In this document: piece by piece, positions 28,967-38,917 of the stretch
Layout of the letters: every line of letters starts with the position of its first letter
Numbering within the stretch: position 1 is the stretch's first letter
Assembly: GCA_044222475.1 (NCBI GenBank)
Contig: JBGANF010000002.1
Span: 64,001-128,000 of the forward strand
Direction: 5' to 3'
Source: Polyangiaceae bacterium
GTDB lineage: Bacteria; Myxococcota_A; Polyangia; Polyangiales; Polyangiaceae
DNA: 64,000 bases
Program-made: the position numbers and the translations under genes
Notes under the pieces: model-generated
Database searches by the model: none
The model's input: the letters and a program-made list of their open reading frames with translations, nothing else
What the model was told of the DNA's origin: nothing

Positions 28967-29599
28967 TCAGAGCCTCTGTCGACCGGCGAGCGCGCGGCCC
29001 ATCGTGATCGGGTCGGCAAACTCGAGGTCGCCGCCGTGCGGTACTCCGCTCGCGATTCGCGAGAGCGTGACGCCGAGCGGGGTCAGCTCACGCTTGAGAA
29101 ACAGCGCCGTCGCTTCGCCGTCGACGCTCGGGGGCGTGGCGACGATGATCTCGCGCACGCCGTCCTCTTCGATCCGCCGGCGGAGCAACCCGAGGGGGAG
29201 GTCGTCCGGGCCCACGCCCTCGAGCGGAGACAGGAGCTTTCCCAGGACGAAGTACCGCCCGCGCATCGAGCCCGCGCGTTCGATCGCGAGCAGATCGTGC
29301 ACTCGAGCGACGATGCAGAGGACCTGCGAGTCGCGCTTGGCGTCGCCGCAGATGGTGCACAATACACGTTCTTGGCCTGCCTCCACCCCTTCGGGTGTCG
29401 CGCAGCGCGCGACCTCGGCCAGGTTCCCGCAGCGAACGCACGGCTTCACGTGCTCGCGGAGGGCCGAGAGCTCGGCGCCGAGCTCTTCAGCGAGGCCGCC
29501 TTCGGCGGTGAGGAGGTGCAAGAGGTAACGCTGCGCGGTCTTCTCACCGACCCCGGGGAGGCGCGCGAGGAGCGCGGTGATGCGCCGCGTCCGCTCCAA
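28967..29599 (-). CDS. recR: Recombination protein RecR
   Basis: LPGVGEKTAQR, C4 zinc finger, LSPLEGVGP, DGEATA, SRIASGVPHGGDLEFAD. Start taken at TTG 29599. Confidence 0.96.
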   Translation of the reverse strand: MERTRRITALLARLPGVGEKTAQRYLLHLLTAEGGLAEELGAELSALREHVKPCVRCGNLAEVARCATPEGVEAGQERVLCTICGDAKRDSQVLCIVARVHDLLAIERAGSMRGRYFVLGKLLSPLEGVGPDDLPLGLLRRRIEEDGVREIIVATPPSVDGEATALFLKRELTPLGVTLSRIASGVPHGGDLEFADPITMGRALAGRQRL

Positions 29600-29601
29600 G
29601 C

Positions 29602-29922
29602 TCAGACGACTCCCGGCAGCTTCACGCCGCCGGTCACCTTCTCGACCTCGGCCTCCATCGCCTTGTCGGCCTGCTCGAGCGCGGTGTTGAGCGCAGCGCA
29701 CACGCCGTCGAGCGCGAGGTCGATGCCTTCGCTCTTCAGGAACTCCGGGTCGATCTCGATCCGGTTCACCTTGCGGCCGTAGGTCACGGTGACCTTCACC
29801 TTGTCGCCGACGGCGGTCGCGGTGACCTCCTTGTCCTTCGACTCGGTCTTGGCCTGCTCGATCTTGCGTTGCATCCGCGCCGCTTGGCGCATGAGCTCGT
29901 TCATTCCACCGCGGAAATTCAC
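29602..29922 (-). CDS. ybaB: YbaB/EbfC nucleoid-associated protein
   Basis: MNELMRQAARMQ..., IEIDPE, VTGG; conserved dnaX-ybaB-recR order. Confidence 0.92.
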   Translation of the reverse strand: MNFRGGMNELMRQAARMQRKIEQAKTESKDKEVTATAVGDKVKVTVTYGRKVNRIEIDPEFLKSEGIDLALDGVCAALNTALEQADKAMEAEVEKVTGGVKLPGVV

Positions 29923-30124
29923 GTCGGACCTCCGTTCGAACTCTCTACCACCAAACGTACCCAGTTGGATTGACCTCGCAAGTTCCAGTCGGAGCGTTGC
30001 TCGAGTCCGGCAGGGAGACCGACCGGCGAGCCCGCGCCTGCAGCGGCCCCGCCGCATTCGTCACGCTGCCGCTGCTCGAAGGCACGCTCATGCCAAGACG
30101 GGATCGTTTCATGGGACTTCAGCG

Positions 30125-31963
30125 TCAGTCTTCGCCCTTGGGGAGCTTCACGTCGCGAAGCTCGGCGCCGAGGACCTGCACGATCTCGCGCACGAGGGGG
30201 TGCGACTCGACGGCTGCGCGCGCCTGCGCTTGCTCGGCCTTGCGCTGCGCGCTCTCGATCGCGAAGACGGTGGCTTCCTTCGTCCCACGCAGCCCCTCTT
30301 TGACGTCGACCTCGACGTCGGCGCCGAAGTGGGCGCGCGCCGCCGATCGAAGGAGCGCCAGGGACTCGGGCGCGGTCGCCTGCGATCCGAGGAAGTCGTT
30401 CTCGGCGTAGCCGACGCGCACGCGGCGAGGGTTCACCTCGACGACGATCGCGTGCTCGAGGACGGACGCGAGCGCAGGCCGCTCTCCTCGGACGTGCGAG
30501 ACGATGGCGCGCCACGCGTCGAGATCGCTCGGTCCGCTCTCGCCCCGCGACGAGGCGGGAGGCGTGAAGGGTAGGACCTGCGCGCCGACCGTTCCGGACG
30601 GGGGCAGCGGCGTCGCCTCTTCCGGGGCCGGCGCGAGCGCGAGCGCGCCCTGCATCCGCTCCGACGTGGTCGCGCGGTCCGACGAAGGGGCGCGCTCGGT
30701 GACCTGCGGTGCGGCATGGCTGAACACGGGGCTCGCTTGGGTGACGGTCGCCGTTCGCCCGCCTCCGCCGCCGCGGGGCGGGGGAGGCGCGCCGGTCGCG
30801 AGGCGACGCTCCAGCTCGCCGAGGCGAGACAGCAGCTCGTCGAGCGGGAGGAGCGGTGGCCGGCGCGCGAGGCGCACGAGCGTCATCTCGAGCGCGGCGC
30901 GGACCTGGCCGCTCCGCGCGACGTCGTCGTACGACTTCGAGAAGCCGTGGAACAGGCGGAGGAGGTCGTCGAGATCGGTCTTCTGCGCGAGGCGGACGAC
31001 GTCGGCGATCTCTTCGTCGGCGAGATCGAGGAGATCGCGCCCGCCTTCGCCGGAGACTTTCGCGACGACGAGGTTGCGGAAGCTCGCGAGCAGGTCCTTC
31101 GCGACGTGGACGAGATCGAACCCTTGCTGGGCGAGTCGATCGACGATCTCGAGCGTGCCTTTCGCGTCGCCGCCGAGGATGCGCTCGGACAGCTCGTGGA
31201 GGACCTTGCGATCGGCGACGCCGAGCACGCGCGTGACGGCGGCTTCTTCGAGCGAGCTGCCGGAGAAGGCGATCACCTGATCGAGCAGGCTCATGGCGTC
31301 GCGCATGGATCCCGCCGCTTCGCGCGCGATGATCGCGACCGCGCTGGGCTCGGCCTTGATGTTCTCCTTCGCGAGCACCTCGCGCACGCGCTGGGCGATC
31401 GTCTGGGTCGAGATCAGCTTGAAGTCGTAGCGCTGGCAGCGGCTGAGGATGGTGACCGGTACCTTGTGCACCTCGGTGGTCGCGAAGATGAACTTCACGT
31501 GAGGCGGCGGCTCTTCGAGCGTCTTCAGGAACGCGTTCCACGCGGCCGACGAGAGCATGTGCACCTCGTCGACGATGAAGACCTTGAAGCGATCGCGTGC
31601 CGGGCGGAACGCGAGCCCCTCTTGGAGCCGTCGAACCTCGTCGACGCCGTTGTAGCTGGCGCCGTCGATCTCCTGGACGTCCATGTCGGAGCCGGCGGTG
31701 ATCTCGGTGCAGGCGGCGCACTCGTTGCAGGGCGTCGCGGTCGGGCCCTTCGCTTGGCCGTCCTTGCCGAGGCAGTTGAGGCATTTCGCGAGGAGGCGGG
31801 CGCTCGTCGTCTTGCCGACGCCGCGGACTCCGGTGAAGAGGAACGCATGAGCGACGCGTCCCTGCTCGATCGCGTTGGCGATCGTCTTGGCGACGTGCTC
31901 TTGCCCGACGAGGTCTTCGAAGGACTGGGGCCGGTATTTCCGTGCGAGGACGAGGTAGCTCAC
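30125..31963 (-). CDS. dnaX: DNA polymerase III subunit gamma/tau
   Basis: LARKYRPQSF, GVRGVGKTT, EIDGAS, DEVHML, TILSRCQ. Confidence 0.98.
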   Translation of the reverse strand: MSYLVLARKYRPQSFEDLVGQEHVAKTIANAIEQGRVAHAFLFTGVRGVGKTTSARLLAKCLNCLGKDGQAKGPTATPCNECAACTEITAGSDMDVQEIDGASYNGVDEVRRLQEGLAFRPARDRFKVFIVDEVHMLSSAAWNAFLKTLEEPPPHVKFIFATTEVHKVPVTILSRCQRYDFKLISTQTIAQRVREVLAKENIKAEPSAVAIIAREAAGSMRDAMSLLDQVIAFSGSSLEEAAVTRVLGVADRKVLHELSERILGGDAKGTLEIVDRLAQQGFDLVHVAKDLLASFRNLVVAKVSGEGGRDLLDLADEEIADVVRLAQKTDLDDLLRLFHGFSKSYDDVARSGQVRAALEMTLVRLARRPPLLPLDELLSRLGELERRLATGAPPPPRGGGGGRTATVTQASPVFSHAAPQVTERAPSSDRATTSERMQGALALAPAPEEATPLPPSGTVGAQVLPFTPPASSRGESGPSDLDAWRAIVSHVRGERPALASVLEHAIVVEVNPRRVRVGYAENDFLGSQATAPESLALLRSAARAHFGADVEVDVKEGLRGTKEATVFAIESAQRKAEQAQARAAVESHPLVREIVQVLGAELRDVKLPKGED

Positions 31964-32020
31964 GCGAAGAGGAGCATTACCCGAGCCCGCGCGCGGCGTC
32001 GATGGTGAGCCGGTCGGCTT

Positions 32021-33514
32021 TCACGCGGTGTGGAGAACCCCCTCGGGCGGGGGCGATTTCGAGGCGAGCTTGACCGATCCGAGCGTCTTGCCGAGCATCT
32101 CGCGGGCGGCTCGAAGGTCTCGCGCGTCGGGGCGCGTGACGAGGATCCGGGGAGCGACCGGCGGGGCGTCGCCGAACAGCGCGGCGAACCGCGCGGGCCA
32201 CGCGCGCCGCAGGCGATCGAGGTCGGCCTCGAGCGGCGCGCGCGCGGGGGCGCCGACCACCAGGAACTCGTCGCCGCCGTCGCGTACGACGCGCGCGCCG
32301 GGGATCGTGCGCAGCTCCGCGGCGAAGGCCGCGAGCACCGCATCGCCCTGGTCCTGCCCATAGCGGTTGTTGAACTCGCGGAAGCCGGCGAGATCGATGA
32401 ACGCGAGCGGAGCAGGGCTGCGAGCGACGCCGTCGATCGCGGCGAAGAGCAGCGCGAGATCGTCGAAGTGTGCGTAGAAGGGAAGGCCGGTCTTGCGGTC
32501 CAGGTTGGCCGATGGAACGGCCGGGAAGCGGAAGCGCTCGGCGAAGGACCCCGCCGCTTCGTTCGCGAGCAGGAGCAGCTCGCCGGTGAGCCACGCGCGC
32601 TCGGGCCCCATCGCCACGAGGAACCCTTCGTCGTCGACGTCGGCGAGCATCGCGGCGATCGACGGCGCCGGGTCGAAGCTCGGATCGAGGTGGGCGAGGA
32701 GGTCGACGGCGGCGAAGGTGGCGAGCGGGTCGCGCGGCGGGAACTTCGCCTCGAGCGAGGGCGGCAGGTCGTCGCGCCACGCGGCGTCGGCGTGCATGGC
32801 GCGGCGCACGAAGCGCACGAGGTCGGCGAGGGTGGGGACGTCGATCCCGAGCGCGAGCAGGCCGCCGGCGAGCTGCGCGCTCGCCGACGCGAGCGGTACG
32901 TCGTGGAATGGAAACTGGAGGCCGTGGACGGCGCCGTCCTTCACGGTCGCGGATTGACTCACCGCCATCGCGACCGCGAGCGGGTGCAGCCGAGCGAGCG
33001 CGAACGGGCGCCGCGCGAGGACGAACAGCGCGAACGTGTCGGTCCACGGTTGAGAACACTGGATGTGCGGCGCGAGGTCGCGCCGAAAGAGCGGCTCGGC
33101 TTCGGTGACGAGCGCGGCGGCTCGTGTCGCGAGCGGACCTCCGCTCGCCGCGAGCTCGAGCAGTCGATCCGCGTGCTCCGCGATCGAGAGCGGCAGCGAG
33201 ATGCGCACCTCGGCGCGCTCGGGATCGCGCTCGACGTCGGGTCGCCAGACGCGCCAACGCGTCGGGTCGCCGGCGTGGGCGGCCGGTCGAACGTGGCGGT
33301 GGGCGATCTCCCAGCGGTAGCGATCGTCACCGGCGCGACTCCCCGGGTGGCGAGACTCCCAGTACGCGATGCGCGCGGCCTCGTCGCCGCCGCCTTTCGC
33401 GAGCCCGAGCGATCGCAGGACGCGCGCCTCCGCGGCGCCGAACGGCGAGCCGTCGTCGATGCGAATCGACGACAGCGCGGCGCGTGCCCGCGCGGTCGCC
33501 GTTTGCGTGCTCAA
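32021..33514 (-). CDS. GGDEF-domain protein with uncharacterised helical N-terminal region
   Basis: DRKTGL, FIDLAGFREFNNRYGQDQGDAVL, RDGGDEF. Start overlaps the etfA stop. Confidence 0.8.
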   Translation of the reverse strand: MSTQTATARARAALSSIRIDDGSPFGAAEARVLRSLGLAKGGGDEAARIAYWESRHPGSRAGDDRYRWEIAHRHVRPAAHAGDPTRWRVWRPDVERDPERAEVRISLPLSIAEHADRLLELAASGGPLATRAAALVTEAEPLFRRDLAPHIQCSQPWTDTFALFVLARRPFALARLHPLAVAMAVSQSATVKDGAVHGLQFPFHDVPLASASAQLAGGLLALGIDVPTLADLVRFVRRAMHADAAWRDDLPPSLEAKFPPRDPLATFAAVDLLAHLDPSFDPAPSIAAMLADVDDEGFLVAMGPERAWLTGELLLLANEAAGSFAERFRFPAVPSANLDRKTGLPFYAHFDDLALLFAAIDGVARSPAPLAFIDLAGFREFNNRYGQDQGDAVLAAFAAELRTIPGARVVRDGGDEFLVVGAPARAPLEADLDRLRRAWPARFAALFGDAPPVAPRILVTRPDARDLRAAREMLGKTLGSVKLASKSPPPEGVLHTA

Positions 33515-34464
33515 CCCTTCTTCAGCTCAGAGACGAGCTCGGGAACGGCGGTGAACAGATCGGCCACGAGGCCGTAGTCGGCGACCTGGAAGATCGGTGC
33601 ATCCGCGTCCTTGTTGATCGCGACGATCGTCTTCGAGCCCTTCATGCCGGCGAGGTGCTGGATCGCGCCGGAGATGCCGATCGCGAAGTAGAGCGCGGGA
33701 GCGACGACGCGCCCGGTCTGCCCGACCTGCAGCTCGGCCGGGGCGAACCCGGCGTCGCAGGCGGCGCGGCTCGCTCCGACGGCAGCGCCGAGGAGGTTCG
33801 CGAGCGGGTCGAGGACCTCCGCGAACTTCTCCTTGAGAGCGCGTCCGCCCGAGACGATGACCCGCGCTTCGCCGAGGTCGGGGCGCTCGGACTTGGCCGC
33901 TTCGATGCCGACGAACTGGACGCGGCTCGCCGCTGCGTCGGCCGGCGCCGCAGCGATCGCCTCGACCGGGCTCGCGCCGCCGCTCGCTTCGGCGGCGGCG
34001 AACTCGCTCTGGCGGACGCTGACGACCTGAACCTTCGTCGTGATCTCGCACCAAGCGTAGGCGTTGCCGGCGTAGATGGGGCGCTTGTACGTCAGCTTGC
34101 CGCCATCGACCTTCACCGCGCTGATGTCCGGAGCGTATCCGGCGCCGATCTTCGCGGCGAGCCGCGGCGCGAGATCCTTGCCGAACGAGCTCGCGGTGAC
34201 CGCGATGACGTCGAAGCCGCCGGCCGCGGCGGCGACCACCGGAGCGATGCGCTCGACGAGCGGGTTCGCGAGCTCCGCGGACTCGCACGCGAGGATCTTG
34301 GCGGCGCCGAACCCGGCGACCTCGGAGGCGGCAGCCTTCGCGTTCGCGCCGACGACCAGGATGGTGAACGTTCCACCCACTTGCTTCGCGAAGTTGATCG
34401 CGCTGTGGGTCGACTTGCGAATCTTGCCTTCGCTGAGCTCTGCAATGACGAGGACGTTGCTCAT
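33511..34464 (-). CDS. etfA: Electron transfer flavoprotein alpha subunit
   Basis: [48 protein letters not shown]. Confidence 0.97.
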   Translation of the reverse strand: MSNVLVIAELSEGKIRKSTHSAINFAKQVGGTFTILVVGANAKAAASEVAGFGAAKILACESAELANPLVERIAPVVAAAAGGFDVIAVTASSFGKDLAPRLAAKIGAGYAPDISAVKVDGGKLTYKRPIYAGNAYAWCEITTKVQVVSVRQSEFAAAEASGGASPVEAIAAAPADAAASRVQFVGIEAAKSERPDLGEARVIVSGGRALKEKFAEVLDPLANLLGAAVGASRAACDAGFAPAELQVGQTGRVVAPALYFAIGISGAIQHLAGMKGSKTIVAINKDADAPIFQVADYGLVADLFTAVPELVSELKKG

Positions 34465-34475
34465 GTTCGTGCTCC

Positions 34476-35306
34476 TCAGATGACCTTGGCTTCGGTCTTG
34501 AGCTTCTCGACGAGCTCGGCGACGGTCTTCACTTTGACGCCGGCCTTGCGCGCCGGGGGCGCCTCGTAGCCGACGTACTTGATCTTCAGCGTGGTGTCCG
34601 ACGCGAGGTCGGTCAGCTTCATCTCGGCGAGCGGCTTCTTCTTCGCCGCCATGATGGCCATGAGCGCCGCGTAGCGAACGCCGCCCTCTTTCGGGTACGG
34701 GCTCGTGTCCTTGGAGTGGATGCTCTTCACGCCGTTCTGCTGGACGATCCGGAGGTCGACGGTGACGACCGCGGGGAGGGTCACCTGCACGTTCATCGTG
34801 CCGCCGTCGATCTCGCGACCGACGACCAGCGCCTTGTCGCCTTCGCTCTTGATGCTCCCGGCGAAGGTCGCCTGGGGCCAGCCGAGGTATTCGGCGAGGG
34901 CCTGCCCGACCTGGTTCGCGTCGCCTTCGACCTCCTGCTTGCCGAGGAGGACGAGGTCCGGCTTCTCTTTCTCGACGAGCGCCTTGAGCGCGCGCGCGAC
35001 GAGATCGCCGTCGAGGGCCTCGTCGGTCGAGTCGATGCGAATGGCGCGGTCGGCGCCGGTCGCGAGGGCCGCGCGGAGCGTGGTCTCGGTCTCCTTCGGG
35101 CCGAACGTGACGACGACGACCTCGCCGAGGCGGCCCTTGGTGTTCGCGGCGTTCTCGGTCAGGCGGAGCGCCGTCTCGACGGCGTACTCGTCGAACGGGT
35201 TCGGCTTCCACTCGAGACCGGTCGTCTCGATCTTCTGGGGGGTGATCTTGATCTTGTTCGCGTTGTCGGGATCGGCGACGCGCTTGAGCGGAACGAGAAT
35301 TTTCAC
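34476..35306 (-). CDS. etfB: Electron transfer flavoprotein beta subunit
   Basis: [32 protein letters not shown]...QVG, REIDGG. Start GTG 35306. Confidence 0.96.
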   Translation of the reverse strand: MKILVPLKRVADPDNANKIKITPQKIETTGLEWKPNPFDEYAVETALRLTENAANTKGRLGEVVVVTFGPKETETTLRAALATGADRAIRIDSTDEALDGDLVARALKALVEKEKPDLVLLGKQEVEGDANQVGQALAEYLGWPQATFAGSIKSEGDKALVVGREIDGGTMNVQVTLPAVVTVDLRIVQQNGVKSIHSKDTSPYPKEGGVRYAALMAIMAAKKKPLAEMKLTDLASDTTLKIKYVGYEAPPARKAGVKVKTVAELVEKLKTEAKVI

Positions 35307-35344
35307 GGCAGCTGCTCGCTTGGAGGTGGTGGGGGTCTCATTCG

Positions 35345-35398
35345 CTGAATGGCGATTCAGTAGGCCCACGGTTTAGGTTTTTGCGCCCTGGAAGTCAA
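35345..35398 (-). promoter_or_regulatory. etfBA promoter with downstream palindromic operator candidate
   Basis: TTGACT (35398-35393) - 17 nt - TAAACC (35375-35370). Perfect inverted repeat CTGAAT-GGCG-ATTCAG at 35345-35360. Confidence 0.55.
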
Positions 35399-35423
35399 TG
35401 CCGACCCGGACTACCGTGCCCGC

Positions 35424-36041
35424 ATGAAATCGACACCCACGATCCTCTTGTTCCTGGGCTCACTCGTAAGCGCAACGATTGCGCCGGCGGCGTTCGCCGA
35501 CCGATCCGAGCAGCGCGGTAGCGATCACGACGACCACCGCCCCGCCGCGAGCGCGGCTGCCTCGGGCGTCGCCCATGCGTCGCCGAGCTCCGCCGTCGCG
35601 GCTGCCGCCGCATCGGGCGCGGCTGCTGGAACGTCGGCCAAAGTCGATGACGACGGCGCGGCGGACGACGAGAAGCCGGAGCAGAAGGAAAAACGACACG
35701 GCTACATCGCGAACACCGGAAACCACCTCCGCGATCTCGTCCGCGCGAACGGCAAGCGCGTGACCGACGAGGAGCGCGAAGCGATCCGCGACCACTGGCG
35801 TCGCGCGATGCGCCTGTGGCGCATCCGCTACCTCGCCATGGTCGACGGCGACAAGGCGATCGTCGCTCGCGTCGACGCGATCCTCGCGCGGCTCGACAAA
35901 CAGACCGAGAACAAGCTCAAGGACTTGAACGGCAAGGCGCCGGCCGACGGCAGCGCAGCGGCGGCGTCCGCGGCGCCGACCGCTTCGGGGCGTCCACCCG
36001 CCGCAGCGAGCGGCTCGGCGAAGAAGGAAGGTGAGAAATGA
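35424..36041 (+). CDS. Hypothetical secreted protein
   Basis: Signal peptide ending AFA; Ala/Ser linkers around a basic helical core. Confidence 0.75.
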   Translation: MKSTPTILLFLGSLVSATIAPAAFADRSEQRGSDHDDHRPAASAAASGVAHASPSSAVAAAAASGAAAGTSAKVDDDGAADDEKPEQKEKRHGYIANTGNHLRDLVRANGKRVTDEEREAIRDHWRRAMRLWRIRYLAMVDGDKAIVARVDAILARLDKQTENKLKDLNGKAPADGSAAAASAAPTASGRPPAAASGSAKKEGEK

Positions 36042-36340
36042 GCTCCCGCATCACGTTGGCGTTCGGGCTCGGCGCGCTCCTCGCGCTGTCCGCCTGCGAA
36101 GACAAGAAGACCGACACCGGCGCCGCGGCTTCGGCTTCGGCGGCAGTCTCGGTCGCGGCCTCGGCCTCGGCATCGGCCGCTCCGTCGGCTTCGGCGAGCG
36201 CGGCGCCCACGGCCACCGCCGCGGCCGATCCGAACGCGGTGCCGAGTCACACCGACGAAGCGCAGAAGGCCGCGCGCGAGATCGACAAGGCGAACTACAA
36301 GTCGGAGCTCGACAAGCTCGACAAGGAGATCGGGAAGTAG
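36038..36340 (+). CDS. Small hypothetical lipoprotein
   Basis: Lipobox LSAC, Ala/Ser linker, C-terminal helix IDKANYKSELDKLDKEIG. ATGA overlap with the previous gene. Confidence 0.8.
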   Translation: MSSRITLAFGLGALLALSACEDKKTDTGAAASASAAVSVAASASASAAPSASASAAPTATAAADPNAVPSHTDEAQKAAREIDKANYKSELDKLDKEIGK

Positions 36341-36343
36341 TCG

Positions 36344-37957
36344 ATGCGCGTCACCTGCGATTACTTGGTCCTCGGGAGCGGCATCGCCGGGCTCTCGTTC
36401 GCCCTCGAGGCAGCGAAGACCGGCGACGTCGTCCTCGTGACCAAGCGCAGCGCGGACGAATCGAATACGAAGTACGCCCAGGGCGGGATCGCGACGGTCC
36501 TCGCCGACACCGACAGCTTCCAGTCGCACGTCAAGGACACCATCACGGCCGGTGCAGGCCTCTGCCACGAGCGGGTCGTCGAGATCTGCGTCAACGGAGG
36601 TCCTGCCCGGATCGAGATGCTGCGCGCACTCGGTGCCAAGTTCGATCGCGCCGAGAAGCCGTCCGAGATGCACGCCGATCTCGACCTCCACCTCGAAGGA
36701 GGACACAGCGCGCGGCGCGTCGTCCACGCCGGCGACGCCACCGGTCGCGAGGTCGAGCGCGCGCTGCTCGACGCCGTGATGAGCTCGCCGCGGATTCGCA
36801 TCCTCGAAGAGCACATGGCGATCGACCTGATCACGCTCGCGAAGTACGGCGGCCCCGAGGTGTGCGCCGGCGCGTACGTGCTGGACGTGGGCGGCGGCAA
36901 GGTGCTCACCGTGCTGGCTCGCGCGACCATCCTCGCGACCGGCGGGGCAGGGAAGGTCTACCTCTACACGACCAACCCGGACGTCGCCTCGGGGGACGGC
37001 ATCGCGATGGCCTTCCGCGCCGGCGCCGAGGTGTCGAACATGGAGTTCTACCAGTTCCACCCGACGTGCCTGTTCAACGCGCAGGCGAAGAGCTTCCTCA
37101 TCAGCGAAGCGCTCCGCGGCGAGGGCGCGATCCTCCGTCGTCAGGACGGTACACCGTTCATGAAGGAGCACCACCCCCTCGCCGACCTCGCTCCGCGCGA
37201 CATCGTCGCGCGAGCGATCGACTTCGAGATGAAGAAGAGCGGCAACGAGTTCGTCCTCCTCGACATCACCGACAAGAAGCCCGACTTCGTCCGGGAGCAC
37301 TTCCCGACGATCCACGCGCAATGCCTCCGCTTCGGGATCGACATCACCCGCGAGCCGATCCCGGTCGTCCCCGCCGCGCACTACTGCTGCGGTGGCGTCA
37401 CGACCGATCTCGACGGGCGCACCACCATCCCGGGTCTCTGGGCGGTGGGCGAGGTCGCCTGTACGGGGCTCCACGGCGCGAACCGCCTCGCGTCGAACTC
37501 GCTGCTCGAGGGGCTCGTGTTCGCGCACCGCGCAGCGACCGCGCTCGCCCAGAGCGACGACAAGAAGAAGCCCCACCCGACCGTCCCAGAATGGGACGTC
37601 GGAACCGCTGGGACGAGCGAAGAAGCGGTCGTCATCACGCAGAACTGGGACGAGCTACGGCGCCTGATGTGGAACTACGTCGGCATCGTCCGCAGCGACA
37701 CTCGCCTTCGCCGCGCCGCGCGCCGCATCGCGCTCCTGCAGGAAGAGATCATCGAGTACTACTGGAAGTACTTCGTCACCCGCGATCTGCTCGAGCTTCG
37801 CAACATCGCGACCGTGGCCCAGCTCATCGTCGACTGTGCCGCGTCGCGCCGCGAGAGTCGCGGCCTCCACTGGACGACCGATTGTCCGGACGCCGACCCG
37901 AAGCTCGCGCGCGACACGGTGATCAAGCGCGGGGTCGCCGCGCACCTGCGGAGCTGA
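36344..37957 (+). CDS. nadB: L-aspartate oxidase
   Basis: GSGIAG, YAQGGIA, EGGHS.RR, QFHPT, SEALRGEG, AHYCCGG, GLHGANRLASNSLLE, RESRGLH. Confidence 0.97.
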   Translation: MRVTCDYLVLGSGIAGLSFALEAAKTGDVVLVTKRSADESNTKYAQGGIATVLADTDSFQSHVKDTITAGAGLCHERVVEICVNGGPARIEMLRALGAKFDRAEKPSEMHADLDLHLEGGHSARRVVHAGDATGREVERALLDAVMSSPRIRILEEHMAIDLITLAKYGGPEVCAGAYVLDVGGGKVLTVLARATILATGGAGKVYLYTTNPDVASGDGIAMAFRAGAEVSNMEFYQFHPTCLFNAQAKSFLISEALRGEGAILRRQDGTPFMKEHHPLADLAPRDIVARAIDFEMKKSGNEFVLLDITDKKPDFVREHFPTIHAQCLRFGIDITREPIPVVPAAHYCCGGVTTDLDGRTTIPGLWAVGEVACTGLHGANRLASNSLLEGLVFAHRAATALAQSDDKKKPHPTVPEWDVGTAGTSEEAVVITQNWDELRRLMWNYVGIVRSDTRLRRAARRIALLQEEIIEYYWKYFVTRDLLELRNIATVAQLIVDCAASRRESRGLHWTTDCPDADPKLARDTVIKRGVAAHLRS

Positions 37958-37958
37958 G

Positions 37959-38825
37959 ATGGAAGAGCGCGCGCCGCCGCGCCTCCTGACGTTCACCGGC
38001 GCCGCCGGCTGGACGGCGGCGGTCGTCGTCGCGCTCATGTTCGCGGTGAGCACGACCGCCGCGCTCCGCGAAGGCGCGGGCGACGACGTCGTCAACATCA
38101 CTGCGTGCTACGCGCTGGTCCACTTCGCGGCGATCTTCGCGCTCGTCCGCATCTACCGGCCCGACGACCGCCTCCGCGACGCGTTCGGCCTCCGGCCGAC
38201 GAACCCGCTCCATGTGCTGTTCGCCGGCCTGCTCGGCGCCGGGCTCTATCCGTTGCTGGCGCGGCTCGATGATCGCATCGCCGCCGTGATGCCCCTCGAC
38301 GAAGAGGCCCGAGCGAGCGTGGAGCGCCTGTTCCACGCTCCGACCACCGGCACCAAGATCGCCCTCTTCGTCGCCGTCGGCGTCGTCATCCCGTTGAGCG
38401 AGGAGCTCTACTTCCGCGGCGTCCTGTTCGGGGCCCTCTTGCGCGGCCGAGGCGACGTCGAGAAGCGCATGCCCCTCATCATGATGGCCTGCGCAGGGTT
38501 TTTCGCGCTCGCCCAAGGCGACGTACGGGCCCTCGCGTCGTCGCTCGTGCTGGGGCTCGCCCTGTCGTGGATTCGTGCCCGCGGCGGCTCCTCCTTCCTC
38601 TCGATCGTCGCCCACGTATCCCACCTCGCGGTACCTCTGGGGCCCTTGCTCCACGGGGGGGACGTCCGCTCGGATGACTCGTTCGGCTCCCCGTGGCTCT
38701 TGGCCTCGGCCGGCGCCGTCGTCATCGGCGGCGGCGCGCTGGCCTTCCTGTTCCAGTCGGGGGCGCATCCTCGGTCGGCGCGCGAACGCGATTGCGCGGA
38801 CGCGGACGCCGACGCTCAGCCCTGA
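37959..38825 (+). CDS. CPBP (Abi/CAAX) family intramembrane protease-like protein
   Basis: Multi-pass hydrophobic protein with EELYFRG motif. Confidence 0.8.
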   Translation: MEERAPPRLLTFTGAAGWTAAVVVALMFAVSTTAALREGAGDDVVNITACYALVHFAAIFALVRIYRPDDRLRDAFGLRPTNPLHVLFAGLLGAGLYPLLARLDDRIAAVMPLDEEARASVERLFHAPTTGTKIALFVAVGVVIPLSEELYFRGVLFGALLRGRGDVEKRMPLIMMACAGFFALAQGDVRALASSLVLGLALSWIRARGGSSFLSIVAHVSHLAVPLGPLLHGGDVRSDDSFGSPWLLASAGAVVIGGGALAFLFQSGAHPRSARERDCADADADAQP

Positions 38826-38917
38826 CTCCTTCGAGGCGGGGGCGGCGGAAGGCGCAGCGCGTCAAGCCAGCTTTCCGTTGTCGCGTTCGCCCATTCGAGT
38901 AATGTGCCGGCGCCCCC

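Noticed and set aside
29923..30124. SRP RNA or tRNA near dnaX; also a 48-aa minus-strand ORF
   Set aside because: No SRP core motif or tRNA cloverleaf/T-loop seen; the small ORF has no SD, motif or typical codon bias.
30125..31963. Programmed frameshift in dnaX producing gamma
   Set aside because: No A-AAA-AAG or poly-A slippery site seen.
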